From NCBI GenBank assembly GCA_964016885.1, contig OZ024741.1:110608001-110672000 (forward strand): 64,000 nt of DNA, given 5' to 3'. Positions within the stretch are counted from its first letter, which is position 1. Every line of letters starts with the position of its first letter. The DNA comes from Eledone cirrhosa. Its lineage: Eukaryota. The notes beneath the pieces are model-generated. The model was not told the origin of the DNA, did not search any database, and saw nothing but the letters and a program-made list of their open reading frames with translations. Shown piece by piece: positions 12,901 through 26,867 of the stretch. The position numbers and the translations under genes are program-made.

Positions 12901-15900
12901 GTTGGTTTATAGAATTTAGGGATGTGGCTCTGTGGTTGCTTTCTAGAATATAGGGATGTGGTTCTATGGTTGTTTTACAGAATATAGGGATGTGGTTCTA
13001 TGGTTGGTTTATGGAATATAGGATGTGGTTCTATGGTTGGTTTACAGAATATAGAGATGTGGTTCTATGGTTGGTTTACAGAATATAGGGATGTGGCTCT
13101 GTGGTTGGTTTATAGAATATAGGGATGTGTACTATGACTGGTTTACAGAATATAGGGATGTGGTTCTATGGTTGGTTTACAGAATATAGGGATGTGGTTC
13201 TGTGGCTGGTTTACAGAATATAGGGATGTGGTTCTATGGTTGGTTTATAGAATATAGAGATGTGGTTCTGTGGTTGGTTTACAGAATATAGGGATGTGGT
13301 TCTATGGTTGGTTTATGGAATATAGGGATGGTGCTCTGTGGTTGGTTTATAGAATATAGGCATGTGGTTCTATGGTTGGTTTATGGAATATAGGGATGGT
13401 ACTCTGTGGTTGATTTATAGAATATAGGTATGTGGTTCTATGGTTGGTTTATGAAATATAGGGATGAGGCTCCGTGGTTGATTTATGGAATATAGGGATT
13501 TTGTTCTATGATTGGTTTACAGAATATAGGGATGTGGTTCTATGGTTGTTTTACAGAATATAGGGATGTGGTTCTATGGTTGGTTTATAGAATATAGGGA
13601 TGTGGTTCTATGGTTGGTTTATAGAATAGGGATGTGGCTCTGTGGTTTGTTTATAGAATGTAGGGTTGTGGCTCTGTGGTTGGTTTACAAAATATAGAGA
13701 TGTGGTTCTATGGTTGGTTTATGTAATATAGAGATGTCTTTCTATGGATGGTTTACAGAATATAGAGATGTTGTTCTATGGATGGTTTACAGAATATAGA
13801 GATGTTGTTCTATGGCTGGTTTATGGAATATAGGGATGTGGCCCTGTGGTTCGTTTATAGAATATAGTGATGTGGTTTTATGGTTCGGTTATAGAATATA
13901 GGCGTGTAGTTCTATGGTTGGTTTATAGAATATAGGGATGTGGTTCTATGGTTGGTTTATAGAATATAGGGATGTGGCTCTGTGGTTGGTTTATAGAATA
14001 TAGTGATGTGGTTCGATGGTTGGTTTATGGAATATAGGGATGTGGTTCTATGGTTGGTTTATAGAATATAGGGATGTTGCTCTGTGATAGGTTTGTAAAA
14101 TATAGGGATGTGGTTCTATTATTGGTTTATGGAATATTGGGATGTGGTTCTATTGTTGGTTTATGGAATATTGGGATGTGGTTCTATGGTTGGTTTATGG
14201 AATATAGGGATGTGGTTCTATGGTTGGTTTATAGAATACAGGGATGTGGTTCTATGGTTGGTTTATAGAATATAGGGATGTGTTCTATGGTTGGTTTATG
14301 GAATATAGGGATGTGGCTCTATGGTTGGTTTATAGAATACAGGGATGTGGTTCTATGGTTGGTTTATGGAATATAGGGATGTGGTTCTGTGGTTGGTTTA
14401 TAGAATATAGGGATGTGGTTCTATGGTTGTTTTACAGAATATAGGGATGTGGTTCTATGGTTGGTTTATGGAATATAGGATGTGGTTCTATGGTTGGTTT
14501 ACAGAATATAGAGATGTGGTTCTATGGTTGGTTTACAGAATATAGGGATGTGGCTCTATGGTTGGTTTATGGAATATAGGATGTGGTTCTATGGTTGTTT
14601 TACAGAATATAGGGCTGTAGTTCTATGGTTGGTTTATGGAATATAGGATGTGGTTCTATGGTTGGTTTACAGAATATAGAGATGTGGTTCTATGGTTGGT
14701 TTACAGAATATAGGGATGTGGCTCTGTGGTTGGTTTATAGAATATTGGGATGTGATTCTGTGGTTGGTTTGCAGAATATAAGGATGTGGCTTTGTGGTTG
14801 GTTTATAGAATATAGAGATGTGGTTCTATGGTTGGTTTACAGAATATAGAGATGTGGTTCTGTGGTTGGTTTACAAAATATAGAGATGTCGTTCTATGGT
14901 TGGTTTACAGAATATAGGGATGTGGTTCTGTGGCTGGTTTACAGAATATAGGGATGTGGTTCTATGGTTGGTTTATAGAATATAGGGATGTGGTTCTGTG
15001 GTTGGTTTACAGAATATAGGGATGTGGTTCTGTGTCTGGTTTACAGAATATAGGGATGTGGTTCTATGGTTGGTTTATAGAATATAGGGATGTGGTTCTG
15101 TGGTTGGTTTACAGAATATAGGGATGTGGTTCTATGGTTGGTTTATGGAATATAGGGATGGTGCTCTGTGGTTGGTTTATAGAATATAGGTGTGTGGTTC
15201 TATGGTTGGTTTATGAAATTTAGGGATGTGGCTCCGTGGTTGATTTATGGAATATAGGGATGTGCTTCTATGGTTGGTTTATGGAATATAGGGGTGTGGC
15301 TCTGTGGTTGGTTTACAGAATATAGGGATGTGGTTCTATGATTGGTTTATAGAATAGGGATGTGGCTCTGTGGTTTGTTTATAGAATGTAGGGTTGTGGC
15401 TCTGTGGTTGGTTTACAAAATATAGAGATGTGGTTCTATGGTTGGTTTATGTAATATAGAGATGGTTGGTTTACAGAATATAGAGATGTTGTTCTATGGC
15501 TGGTTTATGGAATATAGGGATGTGGCCCTGTGTTTTGTTTATAGAATATAGTGATGTGGTTCTATGGTTCGGTTATAGAATATAGGCGTGTAGTTCTATG
15601 GTTGGTTTATAGAATATAGGGATGTGGTTCTATGGTTGGTTTATAGAATATAGAGATGTGGTTTTATGGTTGGTGTATAGAATATAGGGATGTGGTTCTA
15701 TGGTTGGTTTATAGAATATAGAGATGTGGTTCTCTTGTTGGTTTACAGAATATAGAGATGTGGCTCTGTGGTTGGTTTTCAGAATATAGTGATGTGGTTC
15801 TATGGTTGGTTTATAGAATATAGGGATGTTGCTCTGTGATAGGTTTATAAAATATAGGGATGTGGTTCTATTGTTGGTTTATGGAATATTGGGATGTGGT

Positions 15901-18900
15901 TCTATTGTTGGTTTATGGAATATTGGGATGTGGTTCTATGGTTGGTTTATGGAATATAGGGATGTGGCTCTGTGGTTTGTTTATGGAATATAGGGATGTG
16001 GTTCTCTGGTTGGTTTATAGAATACAGGGATGTGGTTCTATGGTTGGTTTATAGAATATAGGGATGTGTTCTATGGTTGGGATGTGGTTCTATGGTTGGT
16101 TTATGGAATATAGGGATGTGGTTCTCTGGTTGGTTTATAGAATACAGGGATGTGGTTCTATGGTTGGTTTATAGAATATAGGGATGTGTTCTATGGTTGG
16201 TTTATAGAATATAGGGATGTGGCACTGTGGTTGGTTTATAGAATATAGAGATGTGGTTCTATGGTTGGTTTACAGAATATAGGGATGTGGCTCTGTGGTT
16301 GGTTTATAGAATATAGGGATGTGGTTCTATGGTTGGTTTACAGAATATAGACATGTGGTTCTATGGTTGGTTTACAGAATATAGGCATGTGGCTCTGTGG
16401 TGGGTTTATGGAATATAGAGATGTGGTTCTATGGCTGGTTTATGGAATATAGGGATGTGATTCTGTGGCTGGTTTATGGAATATAGGGATGTGGTTCTAT
16501 GGTTGGTTTATAAAATATAGGGATGTGGTTCTATGGTTGGTTTATAAAATATAGGGATGTGGCTCTGTGGTTGGTTTATAGAATATAGGGATGTGGTTCT
16601 ATAGTTGGTTTACAGAATATAGGGATGTGGTTCTATGACTGGTTTACAGAATATAGGGATGTGGTTCTATGGCTGGTTTATGGAATATAGGGATGTGTAC
16701 TATGACTGGTTTACAGAATATAGAGATGTGGTTCTATGGCTGGTTTACAGATTATAGGGATGTGGTTCTATGGTTGGTTTACAAATATAGGGATGTGTTT
16801 CTGTGGCTGGTTTATGGAATATAGGGATGTGGTTCTATGGTTGGTTTATGGAATATAGGGATGTGGTTCTATGGTTGGTTCAGAGCATAGAGATGTGGCT
16901 CTTTAGTTGGTTTATAGAATTTAGGGATGTGGCTCTGTGGTTGCTTTCTAGAATATAGGGATGTGGTTCTATGGTTGTTTTACAGAATATAGGGATGTGG
17001 TTCTATGGTTGGTTTATGGAATATAGGATGTGGTTCTATGGTTGGTTTACAGAATATAGAGATGTGGTTCTATGGTTGGTTTACAGAATATAGGGATGTG
17101 GCTCTGTGGTTGGTTTATAGAATATAGGGATGTGTTCTATGACTGGTTTACAGAATATAGGGATGTGGTTCTATAGTTGGTTTACAGAATATAGGGATGT
17201 GGCTTTGTGGTTGGTTTATAGAATATAGGGATGTGTTCTATGACTGGTTTACAGAATATAGAGATGTGGTTCTATGGTTGGTTTACAGAATATAGAGATG
17301 TGGTTCTATGGTTGGTTTACAAATATAGGGATGTGGTTCTGTGGCTGGTTTACGGAATATAGGGATGTGGTTTATGGTTGGTTTACAGAATATAGAGATG
17401 TCGTTCTATGGTTGGTTTACAGAATATAGGGATGTGGTTCTGTGGCTGGTTTACAGAATATAGGGATGTGGTTCTATGGTTGGTTTATAGAATATAGAGA
17501 TGTGGTTCTGTGGTTGGTTTACAGAATATAGGGATGTGGTTCTATGGTTGGTTTATGAAATATAGGGATGGTGCTCTGTGGTTGGTTTATAGAATATAGG
17601 CATGTGGTTCTATGGTTGGTTTATGAAATATAGGGATGAGGCTCCGTGGTTGATTTATGGAATATAGAGATTTTGTTCTATGATTGGTTTACAGAATATA
17701 GGGATGTGGCTCTATGGTTGGTTTATAGAATATAGGGATGTGGTTCTATGGTTGGTTTATAGAATAGGGATGTGGCTCTGTGGTTTGTTTATAGAATGTA
17801 GGGTTGTGGCTCTGTGGTTGGTTTACAAAATATAGAGATGTGGTTCTATGGTTGGTTTATGTAATATAGAGATGTCTTTCTATGGATGGTTTACAGAATA
17901 TAGAGATGTTGTTCTATGGATGGTTTACAGAATATAGAGATGTTGTTCTATGGCTGGTTTATGGAATATAGGGATGTGGCCCTGTGGTTCGTTTATAGAA
18001 TATAGGGATGTTGCTCTGTGATAGGTTTGTAAAATATAGGGATGTGGTTCTATTGTTGGTTTATGGAATATTGGGATGTGGTTCTATTGTTGGTTTATGG
18101 AATATTGGAATGTGGTTCTATGGTTGGTTTATGGAATATAGGGATGTGGTTCTATGGTTGGTTTATAGAATACAGGGATGTGGTTCTATGGTTGGTTTAT
18201 AGAATAAGAGGATGTGTTCTATGGTTGGTTTATGGAATATAGGGATGTGGCTCTATGGTTGGTTTATAGAATACAGGGATGTGGTTCTATGGTTGGTTTA
18301 TGGAATATAGGGATGTGGTTCTGTGGTTGGTTTACAGAATATAGGGATGTGGTTCTATGGTTGGTTTATGGAATATAGGATGTGGTTCTATGGTTGGTTT
18401 ACAGAATATAGAGATGTGGTTCTATGGTTGGTTTACAGAATATAGGGATGTGGCTCTGTGGTTGGTTTATAGAATATTGGGATGTGATTCTGTGGTTGGT
18501 TTACAGAATATAAGGATGTGGCTTTGTGGTTGGTTTATAGAATATAGAGATGTGGTTCTATGGTTGGTTTACAGAATATAGAGATGTGGTTCCATGGTTG
18601 GTTTACAGAATATAGAGATGTGGTTCTATGGTTGGTTTACAAATATAGGGATGTGGTTCTGGGGCTGGTTTACGGATTATAGGGATGTGGTTTTATGGTT
18701 GGTTTACAGAATATAGAGATGTCGTTCTATGGTTGGTTTACAGAATATAGGGATGTGGTTCTGTGGCTGGTTTACAGAATATAGGGATGTGGTTCTATGG
18801 TTGGTTTACAGAATCTAGGGATGTGGTTCTGTGGTTGGTTTACAGAATATAGGGATGTGGTTCTGTGTCTGGTTTACAGAATATAGGGATGTGGTTCTAT

Positions 18901-21663
18901 GGTTGGTTTATAGAATATAGAGATGTGGTTCTGTGGTTGGTTTACAGAATATATGGATGTGGTTCTATGGTTGGTTTATGGAATATAGGGATGGTGCTCT
19001 GTGGTTGGTTTATAGAGTATAGGGATGTGGCACTGTGGTTGGTTTATAGAATATAGGGATGTGGTTCTATGGTTGGTTTATGGAATATAGGGATGTGGCT
19101 CTGTGGTTGGTTTATGGAATATAGGGATGTGGTTCTATGGTTGGTTTATAGAATATAGGGATGTGGTTCTATGGTTGGTTTAATGAATATAGGGATGTGG
19201 CTCTGTGGTTGGTTTATTGAATATAGAGGTGTGGCTCTATGGTTGGTTTACAGAATATAGGGATGTGGCTCTGTGGTTGGTTTATAGAATATAGGGATGT
19301 GGCTCTGTGGTTGGTTTATAGAATATAGGGATGTGGCTCTGTGATTGGTTTATAGAATATAGGGATGTGGTTCTGTGGTTGGTTTATGTAATATAGGGAT
19401 GTGGCTCTATGGTTGGTTTATGGAATATAGGGATGTGGTTCTATGGTTGGTTTATGGAATATAGGGATGTGGTTCTATGGTTGGTTTATGAAATATAGGG
19501 ATGTGGTTCTATGGTTGGTTTAATGGATATAGGGATGTGGCTCTGTGGTTGGTTTATAGAATATAGGGATGTGGATCTGTGGTTGGTTTATAGAATATAG
19601 GGATGTGGCTCTGTGGTTGGTTTATAGAATATAGGGATGTGGTCCTGTGGTTGGTTTACAGAATATAGGGATGTGGCTCTGGTTTGTTTACAGAATATTG
19701 AGATGTGGTTCTATGGTTGGTTTATGGGATATAGGGATGTGGGTCTGTGGTTGGTTCATAGAATATAGGAATGTGGTTCTATGGTTGGTTTACAGAAATT
19801 AGAGATGTGGTTCTATGGTTGGCTTATAGAATATAGGGATCTGGCTCTGTGGTTGGTTTATAGAATATAGGGATGTGGTTCTATGGTTGGTTTATGGAAT
19901 ATAGGGATATGGCTCTGTGGTTGGTTTATAGAATATAGGGATGTGGTTCTATGGTTGGTTTATTTAATATAGGGATGTGGCTCTGTGGTTGGTTTATAGA
20001 ATATAGGGATGTGGTTCTATGGTTGGTTAATGGAATATAGGGATGTGCTTCTATGGTTGGTTTACAGAATATAGGGATGTGGTTCTATGGTTGGTTTAAT
20101 GAATATAGGGATGTGGCTCTGTGGTTGGTTTATAGAATATAGGGATGTGGTTCTATGGTTGGTTTATAGAATCGGGATGTGGCTCTGTGGTTGGTTTATA
20201 GTATATAGGGATGTGGTTCTATGGTTGGTTTACAGAATATAGAGATGTTGTTATATGGTTGGTTTACAGAATAAAGTGATGTGGCTCTGTGGTTGGTTTA
20301 TAGAATATAGGGATGTGGTTCTATGGTTGGTTTACAGAATAAAGTGATGTGGCTCTGTGGTTGGTTTACAAAATATAGAGATGTGGTTCTATGGTTGGTT
20401 TATGGAATATAGGGATGTGGTTCTATGGTTGGTTTACAGAATATAGGGATGTGGTTCTAAGGTTGGTTTACAGAATCTAGGGATGTTGTTCTACAGTTGG
20501 TTTCTGGAATATAGGGATGTGGCTCTGTGGTTGGTTTACAGAATATAGAGATGTGGTTCTATGGTTGGTTTACAGAAAATAGAGATGTGGTTCTATGGTT
20601 GGTTTATAGAGTATAGGGATGTGGCTCTGTGGTTGGTTTATATAATATAGGGATGTTGTTTTATGGTTGGTTTATGGAATATAGGGATGTGGCTCTGTGG
20701 TTGGTTTATAGAATATAGGGATGTGGTTCTATGGTTGGTTTATAGAATATAAGGATTCGGTCTGTGGTTGGTTTACAGAATATAGGGATGTGGTTCTACT
20801 GTTGGTTTATGAAATACAGGGATGTGGCTCCCTGGTTGCTTTATAGAATATAGGGATGTGGTTCTATGGTTGGTTTATAGAATATATGGATGTGGTTCTA
20901 TGGTTGGTTTATAGAATATAGAGATGTGGATTGGTGGTTGGTTTATAGAATATAGGGATGTGGATTTGTGGTTGGTTTATAGAATACAGGGATGTAGCTC
21001 TGTGGTTGGTTTACAGAATACAGGGATGTGGATTTGTGGTTGGTTTATAGAATATAGGGATGTGGATTGGTGGTTGGTTTATAGAATATAGGGATGTGGA
21101 TTGGTGGTTGGTTTATAGAATATAGGGATGTGGATTGGTGGTTGGTTTATAGAATATAGGGATGTGACTCTGTGGTTGGTTTATAGAATACAGGGATGTG
21201 GATTGGTGGTTGGTTTATAGAATATAGGGATGTGGCTCTGTGGTTGGTTTATAGAATACAGGGATGTGGCTCTGTGGTTGGTTTACAGAATACAGGGATG
21301 TGGATTTGTGGTTGGTTTATAGAATATAGGGATGTGGTTCTGTGGTTGGTTTATAGAATATAGGGATGTGGTTCTATGGTTGGTTCATAGAATATAGGGA
21401 TGTGGTTCTGTGGTTGGTTTATAGAATATAGGGATGTGGTTCTATGGTTGGTTTATAGAATATAGGGATGTGGTTCTGTGGTTGGTTTATAGAATATAGG
21501 GATGTGGTTCTATGGTTGGTTTATAGAATATAGGGATGTGGTTCTGTGGTTGGTTTATAGAATATAGGGATGTGGTTCTGTGGTTGGTTTATAGAATATA
21601 GGGATGTGGTTCTATGGTTGGTTTACAAAATATAGGTATGTGGTTCCGTGGTCCGTTTATAGA
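9965..21663. repeat. 34-bp tandem satellite, ~340 copies (GAATATAGGGATGTGGTTCTATGGTTGGTTTATA)
   Basis: Period 34 (GGATGT at 10201 and 10235); units abut with no unique spacers. Confidence 0.98.
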
Positions 21664-23306
21664 TAATAATGATAATTAATAATAATAATGAAATTATTGT
21701 GTAAAGTGCTCAGGTGCACTACAACTCGTCAAAGGTGTATGTATAGTACATAGAATAATATACAAATGTCAGGGAAGTGAATAGTGTATGAGTCATGATA
21801 TACATGTGTTTATGTGTATTGAGGGGGAACATTAGGTGTAGTGTTGGTGAATCTCGGGAAGCATGGAGATTTTAAAGGATGCAGTGTCTCGGCAGCTAAC
21901 AACTGATGCAGGTAGTTTGTTCCATGCTTCAGCAACTCAGAGTGTGAAAAAATGTTTCAGAAAGTCATGGGAACTGTGTTGTTTTCTGACTTCGTGGGCA
22001 TGTCCACGTGAGTTAGACACATGGTAATCATAAAGGTACTCAGGGTTGTTGTTAGCAAGATGGTTAACAATTTTCTGGGTATTTACCAAGTCAGTTGCCA
22101 GGCGTCGGAGCTTCAATGTATCCATGCCCAGGGAAACAAGGCATTCAGAGTATTGTAGATGCCCGATGGAGGGTATTCGCTTGGTTGCACGTCTCTGAAC
22201 AGTTTCCAGGCAGTCAATGTTCTGAGCAAGATAGGGGTTCCAGACTGGTGATGCAAATTCTAAGTGTGGCCGCACCATAGCCATGTACAGCCTTAAATAG
22301 ATAGCTGGAGAGCAGCTGACAAAGGTCTTGCTGAGTGATGCTAAGACACCCTCAGCCCTTTTGACAATTTTAGAGACATGCTTCGTCGAGCGCAAATCGC
22401 TGCTGACCGTAATGCCCAGGTCACGTTTACAAGAAGACTTCTTTATATTAGTGCTGTGGAGGGAGTATATGGATGCTGGGTTTTTACTCCCAAAATTCAT
22501 GGTGGTACATTTGTCCACAGCTAGCTTAAGTTGCCAGTCTGAGATCCATTGTTGCATTGTGTCCAGGTCAGACTGCAAGCAAGATCTATAGTGTTCAGGA
22601 TCTATCCTTTTTATCTCAAGGTACAGCTTGATGTCATATGTGTACTTTAGTACTGTGGCATTCTTTAAGTTGACATCTATGTCATTAATATATGCCACAA
22701 ACAAAAGGGGGCCAAGAACAGATCCCTGTGGTACACCAGATTACATTTCATATGGTGAGGAATGCTGTCCCAGAACCGTGACTACCTCACTTCAACTGAG
22801 AATGAAGGACTTCAACCAGTTAAAAAGGTCATCCTTCACACTTATTGCAATGAGTTTTGCCATAAGCCTTTTGTGTGGCACAGAATTGAAAGCTTTTGCA
22901 AAGTCAAGGTAAACAACATCCACCCATGAGCCGCCATCAGTGATCCGGGTGATGTCTTCAAGAAACTTGATAAGTTGATCACAGCAGCTGGAGTTAGGGA
23001 TAAATCCAAATTGCGAGGGCCGGATAAGACTGTGAGAGTTCCAGAAGTTCCAAAGTGTTTCTCTGACACAGGATTCCATCAGTTTGGCAATGCAACTAGT
23101 AAGACTGACTGGACGATAGTTCACAGGTGATGTGCAGTCACCCTTTTTGAACAGAGGAATGACACTGGCATTTTTCCACTGTTCTGGAGTAGCACCGTTG
23201 TTCAGACAGAATTGGAGAAGCATGATAGCTGGTGCAGAAGGAAGTACCCACCACGTTTAAGAAGCAGGTACGTAACACCACCAAGACCAGGAGAGGCATG
23301 GTTGCG
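21664..23306 (-). mobile_element. 5'-truncated CR1-like LINE inserted in the satellite
   Basis: Minus-strand ORFs 22792-23223 (NYRPVSLTS, QFGF, DVVYLDFAKAF) and 21937-22704 (YIND, LAVDKC, RDLGI, VRPHLEFASPVWNP, VQRRATKRI). (ATT)n tail at 21664-21690; TAGA on both sides (21660-63, 23307-10). Confidence 0.92.
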
Positions 23307-23830
23307 TAGAATATAGGGATGTGGTTCTATGGTTGGTTTACAGATTATAGGGATGTGGTTCTGTGGTTGGTTTATAGAATATAGGGATGTGGTTCTATGG
23401 TTGGTTTATAGAATATAGGGATGTGGCTCTGTGGCTGGTTTATGGAATATAGGGATGTGGCTCTGTGGCTGGTTTATGGAATATAGGGATGTGGTTCTAT
23501 GGCTGGTTTATGGAATGTAGGGATGTGGTTCTAAGGCTGGTTTATGGAATATAGGGATGTGGTTCTATGGTTGGTTTATGGAATATAGGGATGTGGCTCT
23601 GTGGTTGGTTTATGGAATATAGGGATGTGGTTCTAAGGCTGGTTTATGGAATATAGGGATGTGGTTCTATGGCTGGTTTATGGAATATAGGGATGTGGTT
23701 CTATGGCTGGTTTATGGAATATAGGGATGTGGCTCTGTGGTTGGTTTATAGAATATAGCGATGTGGCTCTGTGGTTGGTTTATGGAATATAGGGATGTGG
23801 CTCTGTGGTTGGTTTATGGAATGTAGGAAT
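23307..23830. repeat. Continuation of the 34-bp satellite, ~15 copies
   Basis: Same unit resumes in register after the LINE. Confidence 0.97.
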
Positions 23831-24024
23831 ATGGATTAGTGGATGGTCTAAAGGTATTTTTTAAGTGTTTTGTTTACAGGTTAGGGCAATTGATGGTCTT
23901 ATTTGCATGCATATATATTAACAGGCAGGCATTGCTATGTATGTGTATCTGTGTGCATATGTATGTATATATATATATGCATGTGTGTATGTGTATATAT
24001 GTATGTGTGTATTACCATTTGTTA

Positions 24025-24245
24025 TTATATACTTTTGATTATTTTGACAGAATTTCTGTAAGTGAGCTGTTAGTTCAGTTGTTGTGAAGTGAACCAAGAC
24101 AAACACTGATCTCTATTAATATAACTTTTAATTTTATGATGGAGGGAAATACCTATTGTTAATATAAAGAGGAAGGAGTTTCACCAGGTAGGTGGACTGT
24201 GGATGACTGTGGAGCTAGGTATGTAGGTAGTGGCAGTGGTGGTGT
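24025..24245. repeat. ~220-bp segment duplicated at ~54150-54370
   Basis: Near-identical tttctgtaagtgagctgttagttcag...gtggagctaggtatgtaggtagtgg at both loci. Confidence 0.85.
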
Positions 24246-24409
24246 CCCTGTAAATAGTTGTTACTTCAAAGTTACTCATGCATTTAATCCTCATATATCA
24301 CTTGTACATATATATGCTGAACATTTATGTTGTTTATCTGAGAAAAAATTATTAAAATATCATTAATGTTAATCAATTCCACTTGTTAATAATAAATATA
24401 AACTATATG

Positions 24410-24510
24410 AGTGAGACACGGTCACCCGACCAACCTTGCCTCGAGTGGGACAACTCCCGTCTAACCCATGCTAGCGTGGAAGATGGACGTTAAACGATGA
24501 TGATGATGAT
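24410..24510 (+). mobile_element. Extreme 3' end of the RTE family with (GAT)n tail
   Basis: ccgtctaacccatgctagcgtggaagatggacgttaaacgatgatgatg, as at 52530-52592. Confidence 0.8.
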
Positions 24511-24727
24511 AGGGTTCTCTTATGCAAACTATTAATTTATCAAAACATCAATTTTCCAGTATGTGAAGTTGTACAAGAAGAATTTCCTCTAATGACTGCT
24601 ATTGATAGTATCTCTGATCTCCATTTAAGTGGTGTTACTGGAAGTTTTAATATCTGGAAAAAATAACTGATATTAATCCTATTGATATCAGAACTACATT
24701 ATTCAATGTGTCTGACTTATTCTTAAT

Positions 24728-25150
24728 TAATCCTTTTGATATTGACTCTTTTAAAACAGGTTCTATGAAACAAAAACCACCAATTTTAAAGGGTTCCTAT
24801 TTAAATCTTCCCACATAATTTTATGAAAGAACCATATGTTAAGTTACTACCTTAGTAATGAAATAATTAAGAATTTTAGTAAATCCCTCAAAATTCTTCC
24901 TTAATTAGTTGAAATAGAGTTAATTCCAAGCACCAACTTAATCCTTTTGATAACCCATCTAAAATTAGCTCTGATTCTATGAAGCAAAACCACCCATTTT
25001 AAGATGTTCCTATTTAAATTAAAATCTTCCAACATTTTATATCAGAACCGTAAATTAAGTTACTATCTTAGTAATGAAATATTGATTTTAGTAAATCCAT
25101 AAAAATTCTCCATCAATTAATTGAAAGAGTGCATTTGTTTTGGAAACACC
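24728..25150. mobile_element. Two degraded tandem copies of a piggyBac-type MITE family
   Basis: Similar to 49618-49916 (cttttgata...ttctatga..caaaacca...agttactaccttagtaatga). Confidence 0.5.
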
Positions 25151-25443
25151 ACCAGTAAAATATTCCATTCCATCTTTTTATAACCATTCCAGAACTTGGG
25201 GCTACAATATACAAAATTCTTTTCCATTTATAAGACTATTGGGTGGATGATTTAGCTGTTATTTCTATCCAGCCAAGTAAATATTCAAACAAGACTTTAG
25301 AAGACCAAAGTGGAGATGAGTTTCCTGCTAATGCCATGGCTCAGTAGTCAGATAGTCCTAAAAAGTAGGGTAAAAGTTTGTACAAAAGGAGCCAGATCTT
25401 TCAATACTGGAACTTGATAATCTGGTGTAGTTTTAAACTTTAA

Positions 25444-25663
25444 CCCTTTAGCATTTACATTACTCTATATTTACTACTGTATTTTCAAGTAAACACTTTA
25501 TTTCACATAATTCTCTCATACAATATCAAATCTACGAGATTTTCATATTATTTATTTTGAGAACAATACCTTAACATAAGTATGAGCAGTTGGTTATGGC
25601 CGGTTTGAACAGAAAGAGGTGAGAGAATTCTGGCCGGATGTGGCCAGTTTAAATGCTAAAGGG
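25444..25663. mobile_element. piggyBac-type MITE
   Basis: TTAA|CCCTTTAGCATTTA ... TAAATGCTAAAGGG|TTAA: perfect 14-bp TIRs and TTAA target duplication. Confidence 0.88.
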
Positions 25664-26867
25664 TTAAACAGATGAGATGTTAAACTGGGGATCATCATCC
25701 ATCATCATCATTATCATCATCATCATCATGAGCTGTAGCTCCAGGAAGCAACATCACAGTTATGTGGAGGCAGGGGAAACCCAACTCACTTCAGTGTATG
25801 GTAGGCTGATGAAGTTTACAACTACAGAATATCACTTAACAAACATTTGAGGAGAGAGAGAGAGAGAGAGAGAGAGATGGTGTAGGGGTGGGGGTGTAAT
25901 ATTTAATAAGCCTTATCTCCCACCTGAGTAAGAGTTGGTGGAATGGAGAGGTGAGGGCGGCGTGGGTGAAAGAAAACTAGTATTTACAGCATTCTTCATC
26001 TGACTTCAATACTTAAAGGGGTGAAAGGTATTGGGTAGGTGTTGGGTAGCTACCTTTTGTCTGTAACAGATCCCAGTAGTTATTCTAAAACATTGTTTTC
26101 ATATTATGAAAAGATTCAACAACAGAAATATTTAGTTGCTTTATAGCTGTCTTTGTTTTTCACCTTTTTAAATCTTATTTATGCCTCTTTTGCCTCTTGT
26201 GGGTCATGGGTCTTCCCATTTAAAAAAATTTTTTTTTTCCATTTCTTTGTCTATCTTGTTTTTGTCTATCTTGTTTTAGTAAACTTTGGCCAGCGAACCA
26301 CATGTCTGTTTGGCTTTCTGAATGGTGCACCTAATTTTAAAATTTCCTTAAATTTTTTAGTAGTGTGGCCAGCCCCATGATGAGCCACGTCCTATGCAGC
26401 CCACTGCTTGAAAAAGGTTGTCCATACCTGCTGTAAGGAGTACTAAATACTGCCCCTCCGCCCTTTATCTCTCATGGTTTACTAGCTCTATACAGACATT
26501 TAGATTGATTAAATAAATAAATGAATAATTCTCCACATCATCACTGCGCCCTCACAACAACAATGGTGTATAAAGGTTGGTGTGCTTACTGGGGTTGCTG
26601 GAATGAGGGTACAGAAGTAGTTTAAGAGAGAAGTTAATGGTTGGGGTGGGGAGCAGAGAAAGGGAAACACTGTTAGCTATTAATGTACTACCACCACATG
26701 TTCCCTAATGATGCTGTTGTTATAGCAACCAAACAAAGTACCAGTTGTAGTAGGTAATGACAGCAATGTGTGACTGTGAGGACTGCTGCTACCTGTGTGG
26801 GTATATATATAGAAAAATGTATAAATTCCTTGGTACAGTTAGGATTATTTAAAAAAAAGAAGAAAAT

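Noticed and set aside
9965-23830. 34-bp array as a CRISPR array
   Set aside because: Units abut with no unique spacers, there are no cas genes, and the context is eukaryotic.
23880-24087. Exons LGQLMVLFACIYINR / ISVSELLVQLL
   Set aside because: Needs a GC donor, has no clear downstream donor, and the second part lies in a duplicated segment whose other copy lacks the AG.
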